The notes under the pieces: model-generated
Told to the model about the DNA's origin: nothing
Database searches by the model: none
What the model saw: the letters and a program-made list of their open reading frames with translations, nothing else
Assembly (NCBI GenBank): GCA_965113315.1
Contig: OZ220364.1
Reading direction: 5' to 3' (one strand)
From: Podarcis vaucheri
Lineage: Eukaryota
Length of the DNA: 64,000 nucleotides
Program-made: the position numbers and the translations under genes
In this document: positions 24,356-35,892 of the stretch, piece by piece
Position numbering within the stretch: position 1 is the stretch's first letter
Layout: each line of letters begins with the position of its first letter

Positions 24356-27300
24356 ATGGCAACCGACAGCAGCTTCTCGCCGTTCAACCCAGCATCTGGA
24401 GACTGGGAAGCGTACGCCTCCCGTTTCACCTTCCTTCTAGAAGCCAAAGGGGTCACCGATGAAGAAGACGCCAAGAAGAGGGCAATATTCTTCAGCATCT
24501 GCGGAGAGGAGACATTTGAAATCGCCCGGGCTCTCCTTGCACCTGAAGACGTCGCTACTGTTCCATACAAAACAATAATGGAACAGCTGAAGGGGCACTT
24601 TTCGCCACAGCCCTCAGTGGTGGCTCGTCGTAATGCCTTCTACGCAAAGCGGCAAGCCCCTGGGGAAACCATAACTGGGTTTGTGACCTCTCTCCGCCAA
24701 GCTGCCCGGTTCTGCAACTTCTCAGAGCTGGAGAACATGCTTCGTGACCGCCTCGTCGGTGGCCTGAAGGATGAGAAGCTGCAACGACGCCTCTACGCCA
24801 AGAAGGACCTAACGTTCCAGGTCGCTCTGGAGGAGGCCCTGGCAACGGAAGCTGCCGAGAGGTCGACGCAAGAGGCACGGCCAAGCCTGCCACCCCAACC
24901 GATGGTCCACCATGAAGACCTCACCGACGAATCAGGATCTGACAGGGAGGAGGTGCACCGAGTACAGCAGCGCACTCAAGCAGCGCACAGACCACAGCTG
25001 CCTCGACGAGAAGGAGGAAACTGCGCAAGCTGCGGGGAGAGTCACGAGAGGAGGACCTGCCGTTTCCGCAACGCAGAGTGCAGGCAGTGCAGAAAATTGG
25101 GACACATCGCCCGGGTGTGTCGAGCTCGGCCCACCCGACGCCAGGCATCAGATGACCAATCCAAGAGCCCCAGGTCCTGGGGCCCAACGCACCAAGGCAA
25201 CTCTACGGAGCTCACGGACTTCCAGGTATACCAGTTGCCCCACCCCAACGTAGAGAAAATTTATGTAGAGGTACAGATAGAGGGGGCCCCATGCCGCATG
25301 GAGCTTGACACAGGTTCAACTCTATCCATAATCTCGGCAAGGACCTTAAGGAAACTGTGTCCTACTGGGGGTCCCAAACTCAGGCCGGCCCCATTCACCC
25401 TCCGGGACTTCCAGAAACGTAAGGTCCCCACAATGGGGGTGGGGACCTTCAGGGTGCAATACCGAGGGCGGACGCGGCAACTGGACTTGCTCGTAGTCAA
25501 GGGCCCCTACATTAGCTTACTGGGATTGGCATGGTTTGGACCACTGGGGCTAGCTGTCACCGGGGTGAACCACACTAGCTTACAAGTGGACGTGGACGCC
25601 ATATGCAAGGAATTTCCAGGGGTTTTCGACGGGAAATTGGGACAGTATACGGGCCCCCCCATTGCGCTACAGCTTGACCCCGCAGTACGACCGGTCAGGC
25701 TCAAGGCCCGCCGAGTCCCGTTCGCCTTGAAACCCCGTATAGACGAGGAATTGGACCGACTCGTGGAGCAAGGAGTGCTGGAGCCAGTGCCTAATGCCCC
25801 CTGGGAAACCCCAATCGTCACACCCGCCAAGCCTAATGGTTCGGTCCGCATCTGCGCAGACTACAAATGTACCATAAACAAGGCCCTCACGGCCCACGCA
25901 TACCCAGTGCCAGTGGTCAGCCATGTCCTTGCCACCCTGGCTGGGTCAAAAATTTTTGGCAAGCTGGACTTGGCCCAAGCATATCAACAGCTGCCAGTAG
26001 ACGAGGCCACAGCAGAGGCACAGACGATTGTGACGCACAGAGGAGCGTTCAGGGTAAAGCGGCTGCAATTCGGTGTCAGTGTGGCACCAGGCATATTCCA
26101 GAATCTAATGGACTCGCTCCTTAAAGGGATTCCTGGCGTCACCCCCTTCTTCGATGATGTGTTGATTGCCGGGCCCACACCAGAGGAGTTTGAGGACCGC
26201 CTCCGCACCGTTCTGCACCGTTTCCAGACGGCGGGTCTCAAGGTGAAGCGGGAAAAATGTCTACTAGGAGTGCCTCAGGTGGACTTTCTGGGATTTATGG
26301 TGGACGCAGAAGGGGTCCACCCGACTGGGGACAAGGTACGGGCCATTTGTGATGCCCCAGCGCCCAAGAGCAAGACTGAACTTCAGGCCTTCTTGGGACT
26401 ATTGAACTTTTACCATTCCTTCCTTCCCCACAAGGCAGCGGTAGCAGAGCCCCTACACAGACTCCTGGACAAGCGGGCCACTTGGGTGTGGGGCCAGCGC
26501 CAGGAGGCTGCATTCCAGGCAGTCAAGGACTTGCTTGTCTCAAACTCAGTCTTGGCACACTTCGACGAGAGGCTGCCAGTGGTGCTAGCATGCGACGCCT
26601 CACCCTATGGCATTGGCGCTGTCCTGGGACACCAACTCCCGGATGGAAGAGAGGTACCAGTGGCATACTTTTCCCAGACACTCAATGCAACCGAGCGGAA
26701 CTACTCGCAAATCGACAAGGAGGGTCTGGCAATCGTGAAGGGAGTAAAAAAATTCCATGATTTCTTGTACGGGCGGCCCTTCACCGTGGTGACTGACCAC
26801 AAGCCATTGCTTGGCTTGTTTGCCCCCGAAAAGCAGACCCCCCAAGTGCTGTCTCCTCGCGTCCTCAGGTGGTCAATTTTCCTTGCCAGCTACCAGTATG
26901 CACTGATTCACCGCCCAGGGAAGGCAATGGGCCATGCGGACGCCCTCAGCAGGCTACCACTACCGGAAACAGGCCCTGACCCAGCACCTGCACAAGAGGT
27001 TATGAGCCTGGAGCTGCTTCCCGACCGCCCCATCCAGGCACAAGAAGTTGCACACCATTCCAAGAAAGATAGGGTCATCTCCCGGGTCCTGGACTGGGTG
27101 TGGAGGGGATGGCCCAGCAGCAGCCCTGGGCCAGAATTCGCTGGCTACACAACCCGCAAACATGAACTGTCGGCCCACAAGGGGTGCCTGTTATGGGGAA
27201 GCAGGGTCGTTGTTCCCCAGCCCCTCCGCAAAAGGGTCCTCACAGCCCTACACGAGACACACCCAGGGGTAGTAAGAATGAAGGCCCTTGCCAGGAGTTA

Positions 27301-28432
27301 TGTCTGGTGGCCAGGGATCGACGGAGAGATAGAGGCCTGGGTCAAACACTGCCAGGCCTGCCAAGAATCCCGCCCAGATCCCCCAAGGGCCCCAGTCCAG
27401 TCCTGGGAGTCCGCCCGAGCACCATGGTCACGCCTGCATGTGGACTTCGCTGGCCCCTTTCAGGGGAAAACATTCTTCATAGTGGTGGACTCCTACACCA
27501 AATGGCTGGAAGTCGCACTGGTACCGTCCACTTCTACATCCGCAGCCATCCGGGTACTACGCAGGCTGTTTGCAACCCACGGGCTCCCTGACACTCTTGT
27601 CTCAGACAACGGGACTGCATTTACGTCAGGAGAATTCCAAACCTTCACAGCGCAGAACGCCATCCGCCACATCCGTTCGGCGCCATTCCACCCTGCCACC
27701 AATGGCCAAGCAGAACGCATGGTGCGGACCACCAAGGACACCCTTCGCCGCATGACGCAAGGGGATTGGGAGTACCGCCTTGCCACATTCCTCCTGGCAC
27801 AGCACAGCACCCCCAGCTCAACGACTGGCCGGAGCCCCGCTGAACTACTAATGGGTCGGCGCCTTGCAATCAGATTGGACCGCCTTCACCCCGATAGAGC
27901 TCAGGATGAGGTAGTGGTGGGGGAAGGCAGGAACCCCCGGAACTTCGAGGCCCAGGACCCAGTGTACGCAAAGAATTTTGGGGCAGGCCCAGCATGGGTA
28001 CCCGCCACAGTCACCAGGGTCACTGGCCCCGTGTCGTACGAAGTGCTAACAGATGGGGGGCAATGCTGGCGCCGCCACTGCGACCAGATACGGCGACGAT
28101 TCCCGGGAGAAAACCAGGAGGAGGACAGGTCAGAGGAGTCCCAAGGGAACAGAGGGGCGGTGAGGCCCATAGAGCAGGAGGGGCCAGCAGGAGAGGCAGA
28201 ACCAGTAAATACAGAGAGGACCCGTGAGGCCGAAAGGACACCGGAACCAGAACCACGACTGAGCGAGCCGGTTGTGCCAGACCAAACAGGCCCATCACAG
28301 CCAGCATCCTTGGAACACGAGCCAGAACCTGAACCCCGGACCAGGGAACACCACAGGCCGCAACGCACACGTAGGCCGCCGGCGTACCTCGAGGACTATG
28401 AATGCGACCTCCCGGGCAGGACTGGAACTTAG
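24356..28432 (+). CDS. Gag-Pol polyprotein, 1358 aa (Gag with two Zn knuckles, aspartic protease, RT, RNase H, integrase)
   Basis: CASCGESHERRTC and CRQCRKLGHIARVC knuckles; LDTGS protease (DTG at 25307-25315); RT motifs KLDLAQAYQQ, QFG, FFDD; RNase H CDASPYG...E...TDHKPL; integrase HHCC and D(HVDF)-D(SDNG)-E(QAER). Confidence 0.96.
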   Translation: MATDSSFSPFNPASGDWEAYASRFTFLLEAKGVTDEEDAKKRAIFFSICGEETFEIARALLAPEDVATVPYKTIMEQLKGHFSPQPSVVARRNAFYAKRQAPGETITGFVTSLRQAARFCNFSELENMLRDRLVGGLKDEKLQRRLYAKKDLTFQVALEEALATEAAERSTQEARPSLPPQPMVHHEDLTDESGSDREEVHRVQQRTQAAHRPQLPRREGGNCASCGESHERRTCRFRNAECRQCRKLGHIARVCRARPTRRQASDDQSKSPRSWGPTHQGNSTELTDFQVYQLPHPNVEKIYVEVQIEGAPCRMELDTGSTLSIISARTLRKLCPTGGPKLRPAPFTLRDFQKRKVPTMGVGTFRVQYRGRTRQLDLLVVKGPYISLLGLAWFGPLGLAVTGVNHTSLQVDVDAICKEFPGVFDGKLGQYTGPPIALQLDPAVRPVRLKARRVPFALKPRIDEELDRLVEQGVLEPVPNAPWETPIVTPAKPNGSVRICADYKCTINKALTAHAYPVPVVSHVLATLAGSKIFGKLDLAQAYQQLPVDEATAEAQTIVTHRGAFRVKRLQFGVSVAPGIFQNLMDSLLKGIPGVTPFFDDVLIAGPTPEEFEDRLRTVLHRFQTAGLKVKREKCLLGVPQVDFLGFMVDAEGVHPTGDKVRAICDAPAPKSKTELQAFLGLLNFYHSFLPHKAAVAEPLHRLLDKRATWVWGQRQEAAFQAVKDLLVSNSVLAHFDERLPVVLACDASPYGIGAVLGHQLPDGREVPVAYFSQTLNATERNYSQIDKEGLAIVKGVKKFHDFLYGRPFTVVTDHKPLLGLFAPEKQTPQVLSPRVLRWSIFLASYQYALIHRPGKAMGHADALSRLPLPETGPDPAPAQEVMSLELLPDRPIQAQEVAHHSKKDRVISRVLDWVWRGWPSSSPGPEFAGYTTRKHELSAHKGCLLWGSRVVVPQPLRKRVLTALHETHPGVVRMKALARSYVWWPGIDGEIEAWVKHCQACQESRPDPPRAPVQSWESARAPWSRLHVDFAGPFQGKTFFIVVDSYTKWLEVALVPSTSTSAAIRVLRRLFATHGLPDTLVSDNGTAFTSGEFQTFTAQNAIRHIRSAPFHPATNGQAERMVRTTKDTLRRMTQGDWEYRLATFLLAQHSTPSSTTGRSPAELLMGRRLAIRLDRLHPDRAQDEVVVGEGRNPRNFEAQDPVYAKNFGAGPAWVPATVTRVTGPVSYEVLTDGGQCWRRHCDQIRRRFPGENQEEDRSEESQGNRGAVRPIEQEGPAGEAEPVNTERTREAERTPEPEPRLSEPVVPDQTGPSQPASLEHEPEPEPRTREHHRPQRTRRPPAYLEDYECDLPGRTGT

Positions 28433-28442
28433 AGGGGAGGGG
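28431..28442 (+). promoter_or_regulatory. Polypurine tract
   Basis: AGAGGGGAGGGG directly abuts the 3' LTR and overlaps the gag-pol stop codon. Confidence 0.9.
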
Positions 28443-28811
28443 TGTTATGTACTGAGTTGACTAGGATCCAAACTGCAGCAGTCTGATTGGTCCTAGAACA
28501 ATAGGATCCAAATTGCAGCAGTCTGATTGGTCCTAGAACAATAGGATTCAGAATGCAGCAGTCTGATTGGTCCAAGAACAATGCAGCAGTATGATTGGTT
28601 GGCAGGAACCACCCAATCATGCTCCAGATATAAGTGAATCCACAACCTGATTGGCTTACAGTAGAATTCCAGAATTAACCAATCATGTGCAGCCCATTGT
28701 GTAAATAATGTATATAAGCAGATACTTTGAGGGGACTCGCATTCATTCCTCCTCACCACTATGAGCTGAATAAAGAGCATGAAATCACTTTGCGACTCTG
28801 AGTATATTTCA
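28443..28811 (+). repeat. 3' LTR, 369 bp
   Basis: No difference from the 5' LTR found by eye. Confidence 0.97.
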
Positions 28812-30346
28812 TAGGCCTTAGGGAATACTCCATGGACATGGTAAGGTATCTAGACACCCAGCAAAGTATCTATATACCCAGCTAAGATCTTTTACATCCC
28901 CTGCCACTGCACTCAGCACTGCCTCCTTTAGTTTCTTCCTATCCTTCTTGGCCTCTCTCTGTAGTGCTAAGACCTTCCTTTTTAGAGGTCAGACTTTAAT
29001 TCCTGTTGGTGAAAACTACAGAGTTCTCCCCCAGTCCATATCCTGAAGACCATAAAGCACACTTTTCATGCATTTATGTATCTGTTGTAAGTTTCAGTAT
29101 CTCCAATTTTAAATGCCAGGAGCGGTATCAAATTTCTTCATTTAAGTTCACACCGGAGTACCCTGGTGATGCAATTTCTGATCTTTGCTGGCTCCAATAA
29201 ACATTTTTGTGAACCTATTTCCCCTCCATTCTAATATTTGACCTTCTATTGCAACGTAGACATTCAATGCCACATTTTACACTATTTTCTCACCTGCTCA
29301 CCCCCCATTTCTGGTCTGCCATCCTCCAGTGCTCAAAGCAATAACCCAAGACTATCTAACAGCTCTGCAGGGTTCCATTCAGACAACTGCCAGTCCTTGG
29401 CAGAGCAGAGCACATAAGAAAAATTCTCTTTCTGTTTTCACAAATGTGCATTGAAGAAATATGCTATTGCCCAAGGTCTCATCAGCATTTACTTTCATCT
29501 TTCCTCACATTTGTACCAAAAATACAACATCTTTTTATTATCTTAACAAATTAACAAGACATGGCAGTTCTGCTGCAATCATGTTATATAAACATCTCCC
29601 ATGAAGATATATCATTAGATTATATTTTAAGCTCCCATATGTCATCAGAATTCATGCTGAAGCAACCTTACAAAGCAATCTTTATGACAGATTTCTATGG
29701 ATTAACCAGGTTCCCCTCCCCTCTCCCAACAATTTTCTCTGACATTTTGTTAAAACTTTAATACTCTAAGCATTGACAGTTGACATCCTTTCTGACACTA
29801 CTTTTACCAAACATCAGCATATGCTACAAAATAGTAAATGATGCCTTGCAGATTTAGACCTCTTAACTTGAAATACACAGAAATGTGTTGGTAACCAGTG
29901 GCACCACCAATTAACTCTATTAACTCTATTATGCACAATTCAGTTTTCTGGCTTCTTTCAGAAATCACTTAGATCTTCTAGATCTCTTTGCACTGTGTTG
30001 TTCTTGCTGCCCGCTGCATAAACTTTACAATGTGCCGTAAACATTACAGTCTTTATTAATAGGCAGCATGTATTTAAATAGCCTTTTATGCTCCAGCTGC
30101 TGGTGATGTACATGAAACACGGCATTTGATGTAACTGGAGCTTATGGTGGGAAGGTGAGGGAGTGTAGAAGGGATCTTAATGGCCATTTGCAGGCCTAAC
30201 AGCTTTTAGTTTTTTACAGCCTAGAGCTGCCAACATACGCAGATAGGGGCAAATCATAAGCATCACCATTATGGGCCAGTGCAGCTGGTAATTAACAGTT
30301 GCATTACACAAGCATCTCTGGATTGGTTTCCTATAATACATGTTTC

Positions 30347-30397
30347 ATATCTATCTGTCTGTCTGTCTGTCTACCTATCTATCTATATCTATCTATA
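30347..30397. repeat. Compound (TATC)/(TGTC) microsatellite
   Basis: Read directly; abuts the Sauria SINE head. Confidence 0.9.
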
Positions 30398-30398
30398 T

Positions 30399-30746
30399 GG
30401 GGTCGTGGAGGCACTGTGGTCTAAACCACAGAGCCTAGGGCTTGCTGATCAGAAGGTCGGCAGTTCGAATCCCCGCGATGGGGTGAGCTCCTGTTGCTGT
30501 GTCCCAGCTCCTGCCCACCTAGCAGTTCGAAAGCATGTCAAAGTGCAAGTAGATAAATAGGTACCACTCTGGTGGGAAGGTAAACGGCGTTTCTGTGTGC
30601 TACTCTGGCTTGCCAGAAGCGGCTTAGTCATGCTGGCCACATGACCCGAAAGCTGTACGCCGGCTCCCTTGGCCAGAAAAGCGAGATGAGTGCCACAACC
30701 CCAGAGTCATCTGTGACTGGACCTAATGGTCAGGGGTCCCTTTACC
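30399..30746 (+). mobile_element. Sauria SINE (Squam1)
   Basis: tRNA-like head with B box GTTCGAATCC, characteristic body, CCTTTACC tail; paralogous to the 43867 copy. Confidence 0.9.
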
Positions 30747-32984
30747 ATAATGTATGAAGAAGAAAAAGGCTTCTCAATGCTTTGAGATGGGAAGGGCTTT
30801 GTTTCAAATGAAATTAGTTCACATTTCTATGGGAGATTGAGGTGCGGAGGGATTTTGTTTAGTGGAAGGAGGGAGATTAGAAAAGTGGGGAAAAGCTTCA
30901 TTGAATCTGCTTTAGAGTTAATTGAATACTAGTTATAGAAACTATCAGCAGATGGAGCTGCTGCTTTACTTAACCCATTTTAAAGAACATACCAAGGAGC
31001 AATTTCCACCCATTATAAATAGCAGTTTCAAAGGAGTGATTTTTGTCAGGAACCCAACAAAAGAAGAAAGGGTTATATTCCTCTTCCTTACCTGCTGCAA
31101 TAACCCAAATGCTCAACAGACCTGCCCCCCCATGGCTGTGGTCATTTTAAAAAACACGCATATAAAGGCAAATATGAATTTAACATCAGATTTAGTTTGG
31201 CTCAAACACTGTGTTTAATAATGAGCGTTCTATGTTTTCACATGCTAAAACAGCCCAAAATATCAATTTTCCTCCATGATTCTGCTTTTTCAGACATTTT
31301 TTTGCTGAGGACTATTAGTCCTAGGCTTCTTGCATGAGAAAGCTGCAGGAAAATCCAATGAAGGACCCTGCACCAAAAACACAAGGGGTAAGCATTACTA
31401 GAATCAGTCTCTCTCTTTAAACGGAGGCATAGTTTGTATGGTGTGTGGCAGGGGTGGGGAATCTCCAAGCCATAGGCCTGGCAAAATTCCTAATTTGGCT
31501 CCCTGAAACCATGGCCACCTGCCTCAAATCTAATGTTGTATGTGCCATGAGGTGTGAACCAGGCTAGGATATGACTGTTTCAGTTGCACAGATGATCCCT
31601 GCAGAAAGCCGGGTTGAACTGACCGCCTGTAATCTGTTAGGGCAGCGAATCCAACCTTGTTGTGCAACTGGCTTCCCTATGGGGAACTGGGCCATGCAGC
31701 TGATTCTTAAAGAAAGCAACTCTTGTGCTGCAGTTCCCAAGCACCCAGCAATCAGTAGTTCACCCCCATTGAACCCTACTGGAGTATTGTACATATGTCA
31801 ATAAAGGTTTGAGAGTCTGACATCTCAGCACAGCAAGGAAGGCTGTAACCAGGCGATCTTGCTTATTCAGTCTGCTGTACAGGTGTTAAGCACTGACTCA
31901 CAGCTCCAAGGCTCCTGCTCTGCCTTCTTATGATTCTTTATCTTTAAATCAGACTTGGACTGCACATCGTTTCAGAAAACTCATTCCAAAAGAGACAGCT
32001 CCCAAGTCCTTCACATTGGGGACTGTCATCTGTAAAGCAGTACACATGGTTACCCTACTAGGGTAAGATTATGGGATAGCATGATCAGAACAAGAGACTG
32101 AGGAATCTGGCTCTTGAGTTCTCAGTTGTTCTCTTTGCAAATCTGTGTGCTAAGACTCCTGAGTTCAATTTTATATATGGGGTGTATGGTATATTCAGAT
32201 TTAAGTGAGAGAGGGGGAGACAGATAATACAAAGCATTATCACTACTTTCACAAATCCATACCTTTTTTTTTTTTTTTTGGAAAATATTAAATTATGTTC
32301 ATGTGGAACAAACTGTGCCGGATTTTCAGCCCCAGCTGGAATTTCCCTAGTGAGCTTTACTATACCTTCTGGCTAAATAAGGCGTCCTAAAAATCAGCCA
32401 AATCCCTGAAGGAAAATAAAAGGATTTAAACATACACAGCTGCCCTATGTTGCTTGACTTACAAAATTTAAAGAAATGTGTTCTTAAGAATCCATGAACT
32501 GAAAGCCTAAGGCTAGCCAATGGTCCATTTCAAGAATGGTCAAGTGGACTCTGAAATAAAATAATAAAGCATTCAGCCAGCCCACACCTTCTGGCCATTT
32601 AACAGCCCAAGATAAAATTCAGCTGAACCAAAGGAGGAGGAGTATAGCTAATTCTAGTCCATGGAGCAAATGTGTCACCGAAATGTTGAATATAAAAGTG
32701 AAGACAGATATTCTAAAATGTGGTGGAAATGGTTTCAACATGCATTTGCTGAATTCTGAGGAACACATCCAAAGTGATACTTAACTTCCTGGTCTTTGCT
32801 GCCTGCTTGTTCCCTCAAATTCTGTATGATGTCTAAGATAAACAGTTTCCTGCTTACTAATTAAATGTCTCCTGTTCAACACTTCCACTAAGGAAATATG
32901 ACACTAAGGTATAGTGCTTGCAAAATGATCTCACACTGGAGGGACATGGGAAGAGCCAATATTGACTTTAGCACAGAGCACGCT

Positions 32985-33200
32985 TGTCATCTAGTGGTTA
33001 GAGCGACAGGCTAGAACATTAGAAACCACAGGGTTCAAATTCCCACTTGGCCATTAATTTCACTGATTGATCTTGGGCCAGTAACTGCCTCTCAGCCTAA
33101 CCTACATCAAAGAGTCATGGGGAAATAAATGAGGAACAGAGAACCGTATACACCACCCTGATCTCCTTGCAGAAGAGGGTAGGATATAAATGCAATACAT
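32985..33200 (+). mobile_element. Older tRNA-derived SINE (Squam3/MIR-like)
   Basis: TAGTGGTTAGAGC A box, GGTTCAAATTCC B box, CTCTCAGCCTAACCTAC core and an L2-like terminus ending GGATATAAAT. Confidence 0.65.
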
Positions 33201-33794
33201 TAAATAACAAACAAAAACATTATAACATGGGATCATTTGGATGATGTCCATGAGCCTGACAGGCTTAAAGAGAACCAGAGAGAAGGTAAATTTTGCATGC
33301 CTTTTTTGAGCCACAGCAGGACCAACCATGTTTATGAAGTAGGAAGACTTTAAAAAACCTTTGCCAGACAAGGGTGGGGGTGTGTGACTTATTGCAAGCA
33401 GAGATAAAATATGTTTTATCAAGCTCTCTAATGGAGAGTGGATTTGTTGACTGGGAGTTTACTGTTTCCACCTCATATGTCAACATTACCGGCTACTGGG
33501 TTTCATAGAAAACAAACCTAAGCATTTGCTTGAATGCAGGATTGTCAACATTCATAATGTAACTTATGGAGAACATATTGCTTGCCACATTGTATTTATA
33601 AATCCAGCAATCTGTGTTGATGAGGTTCAGGAAAGAGAGGTCTTCGGAGGAGCTGCATCAGTGGTAACAAATGAGGCATTACATTACCGTCTATCACACT
33701 ATCAGCATCAACAGCTGAGATTTAAGGGGCTTCTGCAGAGGGTTGGAAACACATTTTCAATTATGAAATGGATGCAGGCCACTTCTGAAGGACA

Positions 33795-33941
33795 CAGTGG
33801 CGTAGTGTGGGGGGTGCAGGGGGGCCCGGCCGCACCTGGCGCAACATCTGGGGGTTAGGGTTAGGGGGCACAAATCCACGGGTTAGGGGGCGCAAATTAC
33901 TTGCCTTGCCCCGGGTGCTGACAACCCACGCTACGCCACTG
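33795..33941. mobile_element. hAT-like MITE, 147 bp, containing TTAGGG motifs
   Basis: TIRs CAGTGGCGTAG / CTACGCCACTG; target duplication only partial (both flanks end in GACA). Confidence 0.8.
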
Positions 33942-35855
33942 CTCTGACAGCACTAGTAGTATAATCCAGTTTAAAGCTATACAGACTATCCATGGAAGTA
34001 AAGTCCACCAAACTCAATGGATCTAATTTCAAGTAGACATGCGTTGGGTTGCACTGTAAGGGAGAAACTAGGTGCTATGTTAAATACATGTATGCATTTA
34101 ACATAACCTTTTTGCTTTAAAAAAAACTGCCATTTGGGGAGGGGGAACGAGCATGATGGGAAAATTAAACTCCCTACAAGCTGCAATCTTGATGCATCCC
34201 TGCCCCCTCTGCTATTTTCTCTTGAAGGGAAGCTGCCATTGGATTGCAGAAACTGTAGAGTTATGTTAGAAACTGACTTTTTTATTTAAAAAAAATGCAT
34301 ATTTGTAACCACAACCGTGGAAGTTTTCCTTTGTCCTTTGTCTACCTTGTAAGAGTTTTGATTTTAACATTCATTCAATACCTTCTAACTTCTGGGCGTT
34401 GTAGCTATGCCATGTTCAACTTATACACACCATTCTTGCAAATAAAACTTTAAAAATGTGAAATTGGCAAGACTTCCCCCTTCAATTCTGCAGCAGTCTT
34501 GGTAGACTTTCAAAGCAAAATGAGCAAAACATTTTTTAAAACAAATAAATAATGAAAGCCATTGTTTTTGAAATGGTGGCATGATCTTCCTTGCTATAGA
34601 TTCATAGAATTGGAAGAAAGAATATCACCGAGAGCACTAATCAGCTCCTCAAGATTACAGGGATTTGAGTTCCGTCTTCCTCCTCCCATGAATAGGATGA
34701 GCATTACCAGCTGAGGATGGACTGTCTGAATGTGAGGCAATTCTCAAAAAATTAAAATATGATTTTGTTTTTTATTCTTGTCATGTTTCAGGATAAATAT
34801 TCATTTTGAGATAGCCCAGCCTTTCATCCTCCAAAGGACTGGGAGAAGCAGAGCTGTTAATTCACAACAGCAAAAAAGTTAACAGTCTTTGCCATAGCAA
34901 TTTGGAAAGACAGTATGTGCCAAGTTTACATTCCCATGATACTGCACCATATGCATTTTGTAATTTCTGAAAGCTTGTAAAGTTTCCTACTGAAGTAGTC
35001 GTGTTACAACTTGCATGCCAATATGCTCTAGCAAACTTGCAATGGCATTTTCTCACATCAGTTACCATAGTTTAGGCTGATAGGAAATGACAACTGCATC
35101 CCCTAGCATTGCTAAAAGTTAGATGAAGCCTTGGCTGAATTCTCTTAAATGAACTGCTGTTGTTGTCAGACATAAACTAACTCATCACTCCAGATTTCAT
35201 AGATCTAAGGCATGGAAAATGAGAATATTTCTAATGGCAGAATGCAGCTACATTTTCATGATTCATACAGACTTTGAACATGCTGTATTTGCAATACAAA
35301 CAAAATACTGATTGAAAAGGACAAAAGTAAGTTTGGATGGCACAAAGTGTTCATTCTGTGCAAATGTCATTCCAATCTAATAAATATAAGATTCCATGTG
35401 GGTTAGTGTTTCATTATATTATTTCATAATCTTCCATCCAATGAAACATTGCCTTCCTTTACACTATTGGGGTCTCTTAACGATCCAGCACTTTGAGTTG
35501 GCTCATGCAGTGCAAATCTCCCACATGTTTGCCACTGGAGAACGTGAGGCCACACCTGGGAGGTGCTCATAGGTTAGTGCTCCCACCCAGGGGCCAACTA
35601 AGCAGTTGCAATGACCTGTGTGATTATGTTATCTTACTAATTGCAGTAGATGCATGGACAATGCCATGTAGATGGCACTGATTAATAGAGAATACCACCC
35701 TTGTAAGAGCCTAATTGTGAAACCCTGCAGACTCCCTAAGTAGCTTCTCTAGCCTTCCCTGAACTAACATTCTGCTACCTTCATTGATTTTGACACTCCC
35801 ATTCCAAGGACCAACTGAAGTGGTGCAGCACATGACACCCCCTCTCCAAATTAAG

Positions 35856-35857
<2 letters not shown>

Positions 35858-35892
<35 letters not shown>

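Larger units (their letters stand above)
23862..28811 (+). mobile_element. Full-length Ty3/Gypsy LTR retrotransposon (Mag-like lineage)
   Basis: TG...CA LTRs at 23862-24230 and 28443-28811; 5-bp target duplication TAGGC (23857-23861 and 28812-28816); PBS, PPT and a single gag-pol ORF in the order PR-RT-RH-IN. Confidence 0.97.

Noticed and set aside
24356-28432. Endogenous retrovirus, Gmr1-type element or domesticated gene
   Set aside because: No env; integrase follows RT-RNase H; no SCAN domain; intact LTRs and target duplication indicate a mobile copy.
24178-28460. Many overlapping and antisense ORFs within the Gypsy element (also within the L2 at 13225-15477)
   Set aside because: Shadow frames of GC-rich coding DNA with no recognisable domains; no env-like ORF.
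30399-30480. tRNA genes at the SINE heads (also near 39900, 43870 and 32990)
   Set aside because: The A/B boxes continue into SINE bodies and tails; no complete cloverleaf.
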